The notes beneath the pieces were generated by a model, which ran no database searches, was not told the DNA's origin, and was given only the letters and a program-made list of their open reading frames with translations. DNA of 64,000 bases from Myxococcota bacterium (GTDB taxonomy: Bacteria > Myxococcota_A > SURF-8), in contig CAXXQS010000002.1 in NCBI GenBank assembly GCA_963674735.2, positions 1,760,001 through 1,824,000 on the forward strand. The letters are read 5' to 3'. The translations under genes and the position numbers were made by a program. Positions 9,415-18,631 of the stretch are shown piece after piece. The stretch's first letter is position 1. Each line of letters opens with the position of its first letter.

Positions 9415-9445
9415 AAGAAGGGAGCGCGACTGACGGAAACAGCGG

Positions 9446-10654
9446 TCAGTCGCCTTTCTTTTCTTCCGATCGGTCGGTGGGGCAGGGCTCGATAAGCACC
9501 GGTGGACCGTTCGGGTCGGTTCCAACGCGTAAGGTCAGTTCACCCCGTGCGAAATCCCACAGTTTTTTACCCACCAGACGACCGCGCCAGCCTTTCATCG
9601 ACGGCAGGTCGGGACGCCGGGAGCTTTCGGCTGCGGCTCGGCAGAGCTCTTCCACCTCTTCGGCGCGGGCGACCAGTCCCGGCGCGATGCCGGCTTGCGT
9701 GGCCAGGACTTCCAGAGCCAGCTTGACCACCGGCGCGCGCGAGGAACTGCGTTCGCGATTGCTGTGTCGACGACGAGGGTTCGGGAGGTGGTCGTCGGGC
9801 AGGTTGCGGGCGGCCTGGCAGATGTCCGTGAGGATCGCGCCATAGCGTTTGACGGCTTTGTCCGAGACCAGGCGCAGATTTTTGAGATCGTTGCGGCTTT
9901 GCGGTTGCTGCTCACAGACCGCTATCAAGGCTTCGTCACTCATGACCTGGCGGCGCGGGATATTGCGTTCGACGGCAGTCTCTTCACGCCAGACGATCAA
10001 TTGGCGCAAGGCGGCCCGTTGGCGGGCGGACAGGCGCGGCTTGTCGAGTATTTTTTTAAAGCGTGCATCGATATTGATCGGCTGGGTCCATTGAGTCGAG
10101 CGCAGGACCATTTCCTCTTCGAACACCCGCCATCGCTTGAGCCGGTTCAAGCGTTTGCTGAGCGTTTGAGCCGCCTCTTCAAGGTGAATGACATCTTCGG
10201 CGGCATACTTCAGCTGCTTGTCGTTGAGCGGGCGTTTGAGCCAGTCGGATACCTGCTGCCCTTTACTGAGTCGCTGGCCGGTCAGGCGGCGGATCAAGGT
10301 CGAGAGGCCGACGCTTTCGCCGAGACCGCAAAAAGCGGCCGCCAACTGGGTATCGAAGACATTCGTCAGCGTGATACCGGTGGCGCGTTTGAGAATCTGG
10401 ATGTCGATTCCACCGTCGTGAACGATGATTTTCGAATCGGGATTGGCCAAGGCTTCTCCCAAGCCGTTCAAAGCTTTGACGGCTAGCGGATCGATCAGGT
10501 AGGTTTGTCCATTTACGGCGATCTGAATCAGCGCCAGCGTGGGGAAGTAGCTGTGGTCGCCGACGAACTCGGTATCAAGGGCAATGAAGGTCGCTCTCGA
10601 AAGAGTGTCGCACAAAGATTTCAGGTCGTTGGTATTATCGATATAGATCGCCAT
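9446..10654 (-). CDS. rnd: Ribonuclease D (3'-5' exonuclease plus HRDC domain)
   Basis: ALDTEF, LIQIA, FDTQLAAAF, SDWLKRPL...YAAEDV, HRDC WREETAVERNIP, C-terminal GWR. Confidence 0.92.
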   Translation of the reverse strand: MAIYIDNTNDLKSLCDTLSRATFIALDTEFVGDHSYFPTLALIQIAVNGQTYLIDPLAVKALNGLGEALANPDSKIIVHDGGIDIQILKRATGITLTNVFDTQLAAAFCGLGESVGLSTLIRRLTGQRLSKGQQVSDWLKRPLNDKQLKYAAEDVIHLEEAAQTLSKRLNRLKRWRVFEEEMVLRSTQWTQPINIDARFKKILDKPRLSARQRAALRQLIVWREETAVERNIPRRQVMSDEALIAVCEQQPQSRNDLKNLRLVSDKAVKRYGAILTDICQAARNLPDDHLPNPRRRHSNRERSSSRAPVVKLALEVLATQAGIAPGLVARAEEVEELCRAAAESSRRPDLPSMKGWRGRLVGKKLWDFARGELTLRVGTDPNGPPVLIEPCPTDRSEEKKGD

Positions 10655-10848
10655 GGGAACTCCAGAAAAAACGCGGGTGCACGACGGATTCGGCACGGGA
10701 ATGGCAGGGACTATATGCCAGTCTCTTGGGAATTGTCAACGGAGAAGATAGGTCTGCGGTTTCTGACGGGTATCCGAAATGAAAACAGGCACAATCTTAT
10801 GTGTGGGAGTAGGATAAAAGTTCCGAGAAACGGATCGAGCCATTTCGA

Positions 10849-11040
10849 TCAATCGTCGAACACTTTGTCTTTATCTTTGACGGTCAATCCAAGCGCTTCG
10901 AGAATGCGGCGTTTGGTGGCGACGCGACAACTGTATCCCTTCTCGATTCGGTCGATGGTGACGGTGGAAACTCCGGCTTTGCGGGCGAGTTCCGACTTCG
11001 AGATCAGTCTATCTTCCCGAATCTGCTTTAATTTGCTCAT
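10849..11040 (-). CDS. Small XRE/Cro-type helix-turn-helix regulator
   Basis: LKQIREDRLISKSELARKAGVSTVTIDRIEKG. Confidence 0.85.
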   Translation of the reverse strand: MSKLKQIREDRLISKSELARKAGVSTVTIDRIEKGYSCRVATKRRILEALGLTVKDKDKVFDD

Positions 11041-11189
11041 GATATGCCTTGTTCATCCTAGAGAAATTTATACAAAATTTATTAAAACTTAGCTCTCTTT
11101 GCTGTATCTGTCAAGCAAAAAGCACTATCAGTAGCTTACAAAGCAACAGTAGGTTGGCTGGCGGATTCCTATTTGCCATGTATGGGGAG

Positions 11190-11372
11190 TAGGGCGTTTC
11201 AATTCTGATTGAGTCTCGAATTATCTTCGATTGGTGATGGGTGGCACGGGCTAAACCGTCAGGTTTGCCCGTGAAAACAGCATGGGCAAGCCAAAGGCTT
11301 GGCCCATGGCACCCCCTAAGCCGAATTATAGTAGGTGGAAAACGGTGAAAAGCTTAGAATTGAAACGCCGTG
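11190..11372 (+). mobile_element. MITE copy 1 (~183 bp)
   Basis: Terminal IR core GGCGTTTCAATTCT / AGAATTGAAACGCC. 9-bp target duplication TATGGGGAG. Homologous copies at 31014 and 41279. Confidence 0.9.
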
Positions 11373-11464
11373 TATGGGGAGCTATGCGCTTGACAAGTTC
11401 GCCAGGATACCCTACCACCATCAGAGAGAATCGAATCATGATCGGTCAAGCGGGAGGCGAGATA

Positions 11465-11941
11465 ATGAGTTGGCGCGAGGCGGCGGGTTGGATGAAAATC
11501 GGGTGGCGGTGGTTGGTTTTGGTGAGTGTGATCGGTTTGACGGCCTGCTCGTACTGTTCGGAGTCTAGGCCTGATCTGGTTCCGGCTGTTGAGGATTTCT
11601 GGCAGATGCAAGTCGATGGCCGTTTCGAGCTGGCTTATACCCGCTTTTTACCCGCGGCGCTGGAGCGGCTCAAGAGCGACAATCCCGAAATGTTTGCGTC
11701 TCCCGAGCGTTACGCCAAGATGCGTGGCCGTTGGGCGATCAAAAATCCGATCTCCAGTTTTCGCGTATTGGAAACGCGCCTGGATTCCGATGGCTTGACC
11801 GGTCGGGTGAAAATCGGGTTGGTGATCCATGGCCGCGACGAGGCGCTGACGTTGATCCAGCATTGGCGTTTGGATAAACCGTCGAATCAATGGCGTATCG
11901 ATCGGCCCGCCGTAAAAACAGCTGGCGTCGTCGCCCCATAA
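11465..11941 (+). CDS. Hypothetical lipoprotein
   Basis: GGAGG RBS then ATG 11465; hydrophobic stretch with LTAC lipobox. Confidence 0.65.
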   Translation: MSWREAAGWMKIGWRWLVLVSVIGLTACSYCSESRPDLVPAVEDFWQMQVDGRFELAYTRFLPAALERLKSDNPEMFASPERYAKMRGRWAIKNPISSFRVLETRLDSDGLTGRVKIGLVIHGRDEALTLIQHWRLDKPSNQWRIDRPAVKTAGVVAP

Positions 11942-12005
11942 ACGATCCCGACCATAACCTGTGGGTGCGCTGTCGCCCGGATGGATTCAGCTGAATGAGG
12001 GAGCG

Positions 12006-13127
12006 ATGAAACAGATTTTCACACCTTGGAACTTCGGATCGTTGACCTTGCCCAACCGGTTGATCCGTTCGGCCACCTGGGAAGGCATGGCCGATCGCGA
12101 CGGTCTGGCCGGGGATCGCCTAGTTCATCTTTACCGGCGCTTGGCCGAAGGCGGAGTGGGGTTGATCATCACCGGTTACGCTTATGTGCGTCCCGAAGGC
12201 AAGAGCACACCGGGGCAACTCGGCATCTATTCCGACCGGCACATTCCGGGGCTGGCGCGCATTGCGGAGGCGGTGCATGCCGCGGGTGGACGGGCCATCG
12301 TGCAGATCGTCCACGGTGGCGGGCAGTGCCAACCCGCCGTAAGCGGCGCTTCGGAAACGCTGGCGCCCTCGGCCTTGTCCTATCCGCCCCACGCTACCGT
12401 GGCGCGCGCCATTACGCCGGACGAAATCCCGGTACTGGTGGAGGCTTTCGCCGACGCGGCCCGGCGTGCAATGGCCGCGGGTTTCGACGGAGTACAGATC
12501 CACGGTGCTCACGGCTATCTCATCAGCCGGTTTCTATCGCCGAAAAGTAACCGGCGCGACGACAGGTACGGGGGTGATGCGGTCGCCCGCGCCCGTTTCG
12601 GCCTGGAAATCGTCCAGGCGGTACGGCGCGCCATCGGCGATGCGCCTTTGTCGATGAAACTCAATGGCTCGGACTTCGAGGACGGCGGTCTGGAATTGGA
12701 TGAGGCGCTGGCGGCCGCCAAACTGTATGCGCAGGCTGGACTCGATCATCTGGAGATATCGGGCGGAACCCCTGCGGCGGGCAAACTGGCTGCGGCACGA
12801 CCCGGTATCCGGCAACCCGACCAGGAAGCCTATTTCCGTTCGCAGGCGGCGGCGATCAAGGGTGCGGTAGCGATTCCGACCGGTATCGTCGGAGGCATCC
12901 GCTCGATCAACGTGGCGGAGAACCTGGTGGCCAGCGGCGATGCCGATACGGTGTCGTTGTGTCGTCCCCTGATCTGCGAACCGCATCTGCCCGCTCGCTG
13001 GTTAAGCGGCGACGAACGGCCGTCCATATGTAAAAGCGATAGCGGGTGTGCGCTTGCGGCGCGTAAAGGCGGCGTCACCTGCGTTATCCACGAGTTGGAT
13101 GAACTGTTCGGGGTGCCGGAGGAGTAG
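12006..13127 (+). CDS. NADH:flavin oxidoreductase (Old Yellow Enzyme family)
   Basis: LPNRLIRSAT, AGFDGVQIHGAHGYLISRFLSP, NRRDDRYGG. Confidence 0.93.
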   Translation: MKQIFTPWNFGSLTLPNRLIRSATWEGMADRDGLAGDRLVHLYRRLAEGGVGLIITGYAYVRPEGKSTPGQLGIYSDRHIPGLARIAEAVHAAGGRAIVQIVHGGGQCQPAVSGASETLAPSALSYPPHATVARAITPDEIPVLVEAFADAARRAMAAGFDGVQIHGAHGYLISRFLSPKSNRRDDRYGGDAVARARFGLEIVQAVRRAIGDAPLSMKLNGSDFEDGGLELDEALAAAKLYAQAGLDHLEISGGTPAAGKLAAARPGIRQPDQEAYFRSQAAAIKGAVAIPTGIVGGIRSINVAENLVASGDADTVSLCRPLICEPHLPARWLSGDERPSICKSDSGCALAARKGGVTCVIHELDELFGVPEE

Positions 13128-13161
13128 TCGTTCGGAATACCTGTTTCCAACCCATTCCACT

Positions 13162-14244
13162 TCACGGGATTGGCGGGATCTCGGGGGCTTGATCGGCGAA
13201 CAGCAGCGCCTGTTCGATGATGCCGTCGCGCTCGAAAACCGCCGCGATCTCCTTGGCCAGCGTCAGATGTCCGATCTCCGAGAGTGTCCAGCCGCCGGGG
13301 GTGTACAGCTCGAAGCGGTCGGCCAGTCGTCGGAAACTGGGCAGCAGATCCACCGCCATCAGCCGGTGGCGACGCACCAGCATGTGCAGCGTTCGGTTGG
13401 GGAGAGCGCCGTCGAGGCGGTCGGGACTCAGGCCTTCCGCCAGGGCGCGGCGTTTGAGGCGGTCGGGATCGGTTTGGATCTGGGCGGGGATGACGGCCAG
13501 CACCCAGGGCAGCCGGGCGACGCGGCAGGCGCGGTCGAGTTGCGTGATCCACTCGGGAAGATCCGTGAGACCGTCGCCGGAGTCTGATGTTTGAAGATGC
13601 ACGGTAGCCGGTCCGCCGTCGGGCAGGCCGGGGGCGGGGCTTAGCGCGGTCCAGAGGGCCGAGAGCTTGGCCAGCTTGGCATCCAGGCCTTGGCGCGGTC
13701 TGGCGCCGATGCTTCCGGCGTCCCCACCGGGGTCCAGATCGGTGGCCAGTGACGTGACCACCAACAGCAGGTCGGGTTTGAGTTCCGGGCTCAGAGCCTT
13801 GACGGCGGAAAGATAATTCGGCCAGCCCCAACCGGGAGCGGAGGCGGATTGCAGGTCTATTTTCACGGGCTTGACCGATTCAGCCAGAAGACCCCCCAAC
13901 ATGCCTGCGGCGGTTTCGTGATAGGCATGATCGGATCCCAGCCACATTTCATCACCCACGGCCAGGATGCGGAAGGTGTCGTCCGGTTTGGGTTCGACGG
14001 GTTCGGGGCTGCGCAGGCCGAGTCGGTTGGTGGCGAGTGTGACCGGTCCGTTTACACCGGCCAGGGACAGATTCAATCCGGGTTGCAGGCCGTAACCGAT
14101 GACGGGTCGGGGAGCGCAACCGGGAGGCAGGGATGGTCCGCTCAGGCGCAGGCCGATTTCGGCGCAGATCAAGAGAGTGGCAAGCAGGATTCCGGCGATG
14201 AGGGCGCGCCGCCGGGGTCGGTTGGATCGGCGTTCGCGTGTCAT
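13162..14244 (-). CDS. Membrane-anchored SGNH/GDSL-like protein with degenerate catalytic residues
   Basis: N-terminal TM (AEIGLRL), TNRLGLRSPE, RILAVGDEM (block I, GDS replaced by GDE), C-terminal LSEIGH. ATG overlaps the rnhA stop (ATGA). Confidence 0.65.
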   Translation of the reverse strand: MTRERRSNRPRRRALIAGILLATLLICAEIGLRLSGPSLPPGCAPRPVIGYGLQPGLNLSLAGVNGPVTLATNRLGLRSPEPVEPKPDDTFRILAVGDEMWLGSDHAYHETAAGMLGGLLAESVKPVKIDLQSASAPGWGWPNYLSAVKALSPELKPDLLLVVTSLATDLDPGGDAGSIGARPRQGLDAKLAKLSALWTALSPAPGLPDGGPATVHLQTSDSGDGLTDLPEWITQLDRACRVARLPWVLAVIPAQIQTDPDRLKRRALAEGLSPDRLDGALPNRTLHMLVRRHRLMAVDLLPSFRRLADRFELYTPGGWTLSEIGHLTLAKEIAAVFERDGIIEQALLFADQAPEIPPIP

Positions 14245-14939
14245 GCCTCTTCTCCTTTGCTCCGCCAACGTTGGCTTTGGCGGGTTTCCACCGCCAACCG
14301 GGCCAGTTCGTCGGCGCGTTCGTTTTCCGGCACCCCCGCATGACCCTTCACTTTGATGATCTCGAGGTTCTTGAAACGTGCCAGTTCCTGGCGGATCGTT
14401 GCAACCAGTTCGGGATTCTTTTTGGCTTTCCAGCCTTTGGTGAGAACCCCCAACGCATAGGCGGAATCGGTGAACAGCCTCACCGGTGTGCGCGGATCGG
14501 TGACAGCCTGGAGGCCGAGGCGGATCGCTTCCAATTCGGCGATATTGTTGGTGGCTTTACCGAGATATTCCGAAATTTCCAGGCGGCTGCCGCGATAGCT
14601 GAGCACCGCACCGCTCCCCGCATCGCCGGGATTGCCCGAGCAGGCTCCGTCGGTCCAGATGTCAAGCTGGGTGCCATCGGCTTTCACGGTGGAACGGCTT
14701 GGTGTCTCGGCGGTGGCGGATGCGCGGTTGGGTTTTTTCGCCGGGGTCGCGGTTTTGGGCGGCGTTTTCGGAGGCGGATCGTCGAGCTCGCGGATGTTGG
14801 CGGGCGAGGCCTTGTACACGCGCGGATCGTCGGGCTTGTAACACACCTCCACGCGGCCGTTTTCCATGATCGGGCGGTCTGTATCGTCGACGCGCACATA
14901 GGCTTTGCTCGCTTTGAACCAGACGCGTTTCCAGGGCAT
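14241..14939 (-). CDS. rnhA: Ribonuclease HI with N-terminal extension
   Basis: WTDGACSGNPG, TNNIAELEA, TDSAY, VKGHAGVPENERADELA. Confidence 0.93.
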   Translation of the reverse strand: MPWKRVWFKASKAYVRVDDTDRPIMENGRVEVCYKPDDPRVYKASPANIRELDDPPPKTPPKTATPAKKPNRASATAETPSRSTVKADGTQLDIWTDGACSGNPGDAGSGAVLSYRGSRLEISEYLGKATNNIAELEAIRLGLQAVTDPRTPVRLFTDSAYALGVLTKGWKAKKNPELVATIRQELARFKNLEIIKVKGHAGVPENERADELARLAVETRQSQRWRSKGEEA

Positions 14940-15937
14940 CAGGGGGTATCCTCCTCGGCGGACCCCGGGAGATCCGTCGCGTTTTCCAGGGTTCGCAGTC
15001 GTTCGATGCCGGTGGCCGGTGGATAGAATCCGCCTTTCAGGCCTTCCTGCTGCAGCAAGCCTCGAACGAAGCGTTCATCGTAAATCAACAACATGGCCAA
15101 CACCCGCTCCAGGCGTTCGAGCAGCTTCCGCTCGCGTGCGGTGCTCCGATCGATCGCTTCGGCGAAGGTGGCAAGCTGGGCGTCGACGCGTTCCAGGCTG
15201 CCGGGAGTGAGGGTGGCCAGCTCGGTTTGAAGCGCGGCAATGGCGCTGTGTGTACGGCGGATACGGGTTGTCAGCGTATCGAGTCGCTCGGGCCAGGACG
15301 CGGCTGTCGTGAGATCCGTCTTCGTCAGACGGGTGAGTGCGCGCGCCGTTTTTCGCAGGTGGCCGCCGATTCGTCCGAGACCCTCCAATGTCTGGCGACC
15401 CTTTCCGGCGAGTTGCGCCAGACGGTCCGGGTCGTAGTCGCAGGTTTCGATCCAATCGGCCAGCGTGAGCAATTCGCGCAGCAGACCGTCTTGCCCTTGC
15501 AGTAAGTCGGCCGCCTGTGCTCCGATTTCGTCGGGCATCACGGGCGAGGCCAGGGTGGGCAGCTCGCTGTTATCGGGTAGCGGGGCGGCGTTTGCGGGGC
15601 CGGGTTTCAGTTCGATGAAACGACCGCCCAGAAAGGTTTTGGTGCGTAGTCTGGCGCGGGTGCCGTGAGTCAGCGAAACGCTGCGGTCGAGTGCGAGCGT
15701 CAGGCGGGCGCGCCCGTTGTCGGCTCGCATCCCGGCCACATAGCCGATCCCGACGCCGTTGAGGCGGACGGGATTGCCGATGGTGAGACCGGTGACGTTT
15801 TCGAAGACCGCTTCGACGCGGCGGGCGGAAGTCTGCCCGTCGGCTTCGCGCAGGAAAGTGGCGAAAAACAAGACCGCACAAACGCTCAGCATCACCAGTC
15901 CGGTGATCAGCGCTTTGTCCGAAGCGGCGGTTGCCAT
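14939..15937 (-). CDS. MlaD/MCE-domain protein
   Basis: N-terminal TM, FENVTGLTIGNPVRLNGVGIGYV, KTFLGGRFIELKPG, helical C-terminus. Confidence 0.85.
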   Translation of the reverse strand: MATAASDKALITGLVMLSVCAVLFFATFLREADGQTSARRVEAVFENVTGLTIGNPVRLNGVGIGYVAGMRADNGRARLTLALDRSVSLTHGTRARLRTKTFLGGRFIELKPGPANAAPLPDNSELPTLASPVMPDEIGAQAADLLQGQDGLLRELLTLADWIETCDYDPDRLAQLAGKGRQTLEGLGRIGGHLRKTARALTRLTKTDLTTAASWPERLDTLTTRIRRTHSAIAALQTELATLTPGSLERVDAQLATFAEAIDRSTARERKLLERLERVLAMLLIYDERFVRGLLQQEGLKGGFYPPATGIERLRTLENATDLPGSAEEDTP

Positions 15938-16040
15938 AAGCCGGGATCCTTCCCCTGGTCGTTGGTGAAACAAAAAAACGGGCCGGAGCCTTTATACCCG
16001 CTCCGACCCGTTCGATGCAAGAGACTGCTTTACCAGAGGA

Positions 16041-17201
16041 TTATTTGCCTGCCTCCGGTTTGGTTTTGATCAGGGGTTTGAGCGGCATCTTTTTGACTTT
16101 CAAATTGCCCGGACCTTTTTTACCCGCAGAGACGGAGGCGTTGAAGAAAACCGGCAGTTCGAAGGTCGGCTGGTCTTTCCGGTCGGTGGTGATGACGACG
16201 CGGGTGCTGAAGTTTTTGCCGAGTTTTTTTCCGGCTTCGCTCAGCGCCACCTTGATGGCGTATTCGCGTTTCTTCGTAATCGTTTCCACCGTTACGGTCA
16301 ATTTGCCGTCGGGATCTTCGGCCTTGATCAACTTGAACGGCTGCTTCTGGCTTTTGAGGATCACCGTGCGCGAACTGTCTTTGTTTGAGCTTTTGCGCAG
16401 GGTCAGCCGTTTGGGTTTCAGACCGATATCGCCCTCGATATTGGCCCAGGTGCGCAATTCGATAGTCGGCAGCTTGGGATGGTTGGTCTTGACGCGCACT
16501 TTGCCGTGCAAACTACCTGTTTTCGCCGGTTTGTAAGTGAGTTCGAGATCGAACACCTTTTTGCCGTCGGCATCTTTCGATTCGACGACTTTCCCGTCCA
16601 TGCCGGGCAACGTGGATGTCACTTCGCCAAACGACACTTTTTCGGGGTTTTTGACCGAGATACGTTCCTTGCGCTTGATTGTTTCACCCACTTTGATGGT
16701 GCCCATGCGCAGGAAGCTCTTTTCGAAACCGACATCCACGACAACGTCGGCTTTGAGGGTCAAACGGACAACGGCGTTTGTCGGATCGTTGGTTTTAACG
16801 GTAACGGTTTTCGTGATTTTCCCCTGCCGCCCGGCAGTGGAGAGACTGACATCGATTTTTCCTTCCCCACCCGGGGGAACGTCCGCCTTGGAAGCAATGA
16901 CGGCGGTGCAGCCTCAAGATCCTTTGGCACTCAGAATCTTCAGATTCTCGGTGCCTTCATTCTTGAGTTTGAACGAGTACTCGGCCTTTTGGTCGCGCGG
17001 CACATCGCCGAAATCGTGTTCCAGTTCGGCGAAGACCACCTTGGCAGCCGAACCGCTGGGCGCGGCTTTTTGCGAGTCGGTCCCGATGGCGGCAGTGGTG
17101 TCGGACGGCTGGTCCGTCGACTGACCGCTGTCGCATCCGACCGCGAGCGCCAAAACGGCCATGGCCGCGAGCGCGATCAGCCACAAGAGGGTGCGTTGCA
17201 T
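16041..17201 (-). CDS. DUF1573-like Ig-fold lipoprotein, probable selenoprotein (in-frame TGA at 16914-16916)
   Basis: Lipobox AVGC. HDFGDV...FKLKNEGTENLKILSAKGS-TGA-GCTA...VPPGGEGKIDV...GKITKTVTVKTND continues in frame into the 16041..16763 ORF. Confidence 0.8.
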
Positions 17202-17357
17202 GAAAACTCCTTTCATCCGGGCGAAGCCGTGCCAGCTTCGAGGTTGATTTTCGAAGCTTTTACCTGTAGCACAGTCTATGGCGGCGGGCAAGGAAAGCTT
17301 GCATCTTCCCTTGGGAAACGCTACCTTAACGTGCTTTTGCTCGATGAAGGAGGATTT

Positions 17358-17699
17358 ATGCGAGCTTATATTATCGGACTAATAACAATTCTATCCCTGT
17401 CCCTTGTCGGGTGCCAGAAATGCGAGGAACCCGAGGCCGCGAATAAGGCGATCGACGTACCTAAACAGCTGAAAATCGTCGATTCCGGCAAAACACCGAA
17501 GGGAACTTTTCCTCTGATTCATATCTGGAGGGATCCCAGCCCGCGCAAACGGGCTTGCTCGGTCAAACCGAATACGCCCGCCGAACATTTGGGTCATCGC
17601 AAGGTGAAGGACGATCACTGGATCAAAGTGAAAACCGAGAAGTGCAGCGGCTGGATTCGTTCGAAACACGTGCGGCCGCAAAATTCAAATAATCCGTAA
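17358..17699 (+). CDS. Small lipoprotein, possible SH3-like C-terminal domain
   Basis: AGGAGG RBS, lipobox LVGC, WIKVKTEKCSGWIRSKHV. Confidence 0.65.
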   Translation: MRAYIIGLITILSLSLVGCQKCEEPEAANKAIDVPKQLKIVDSGKTPKGTFPLIHIWRDPSPRKRACSVKPNTPAEHLGHRKVKDDHWIKVKTEKCSGWIRSKHVRPQNSNNP

Positions 17700-17758
17700 C
17701 CGCTACGGCATTTGTGTCCGGACGGGAAGCGGTTTTAAAGAAAAAGATAGGACTTGCC

Positions 17759-18631
17759 ATGTCATGGAAACAGTTGTTGAAACAGGAGCGATTTCCGCTC
17801 TCATCTTCCTATGATCCTGAAATTATTGGACAAAACCACATGGGTCCCAATGCCTTGTGGATCATGGAATGGCTCAGCGAGGCCGTAACACTCAAACCCG
17901 GAATGCGGGTTCTCGATCTGGGCTGCGGGTCGGCGATCAGCTCGATTTTTCTGGCGAAGGAGTTCGGGGTGACGGTTTTCGCCGCCGATTTGTGGATTTC
18001 AGCCGAAGAGAATCTCAAGCGCATCGACGCGGCGGGAGTGGGGGACAAGGTGTTCCCCTTTCAGGCCGAAGCGCACGCCTTGCCCTTCGCGCCGGGCTTT
18101 TTCGATTTGGTGTTGTCGGTGGATTCTTACCAGTATTACGGCACGGACAACCTTTACCTGGGCTACCTCCTGCGTTTTGTCAAACCGGACGGCCGGGTGG
18201 CGGTGGCCATGCCGGGGTTGACTCGGGAATTCGGCGAGGAACCGCCTGCGCATCTTCTGACGCCGCAGAAAAACGGTGCGGTTTTCTGGGAACCCGAGAT
18301 GTGGACCTTCCATAGTCCCGCCTGGTGGCGGCGTCACTGGGAGAAGCTGGGCCAGGTGGATGTGCTGACGGCCGACAACCTGGAGGACGGCTGGCGCTAT
18401 TGGATGATTCACGATCAAGCGATGGAACAGGCAGGTCAGGCGTATTTTCCTTCCGGAGCCGAAAGCCTGGAAGCGGATGGCGGACGCTATATCGGCTTTG
18501 TACGTCTGGTCGCGGCGCCGAAACCTCAGGATGCCGAGAGCGCCGGGATGCCGCATGTGTGGGAGAAGAGCTTCGAGGCCGTGGCCAGCGAAGTGATGAA
18601 TGCCCGCGGCGGTGCACCGGATAAAGATTAA
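17759..18631 (+). CDS. Class I SAM-dependent methyltransferase
   Basis: GMRVLDLGCGSAISSIFLAKEFG, LPFAPGFFD. Confidence 0.9.
   Translation: MSWKQLLKQERFPLSSSYDPEIIGQNHMGPNALWIMEWLSEAVTLKPGMRVLDLGCGSAISSIFLAKEFGVTVFAADLWISAEENLKRIDAAGVGDKVFPFQAEAHALPFAPGFFDLVLSVDSYQYYGTDNLYLGYLLRFVKPDGRVAVAMPGLTREFGEEPPAHLLTPQKNGAVFWEPEMWTFHSPAWWRRHWEKLGQVDVLTADNLEDGWRYWMIHDQAMEQAGQAYFPSGAESLEADGGRYIGFVRLVAAPKPQDAESAGMPHVWEKSFEAVASEVMNARGGAPDKD

Noticed and set aside
11282-11464. Repeated short ORF starts MGKPKAWPMAP / MENGEKLR (also 30905-31105, 40927-41351)
   Set aside because: They are translations of the MITE sequence, not a gene family.
16479-17357. 406-aa plus-strand ORF 16479-17699
   Set aside because: Only the last 113 codons (from ATG 17358 with RBS and lipobox) look real; the rest is antisense to the DUF1573-like gene.
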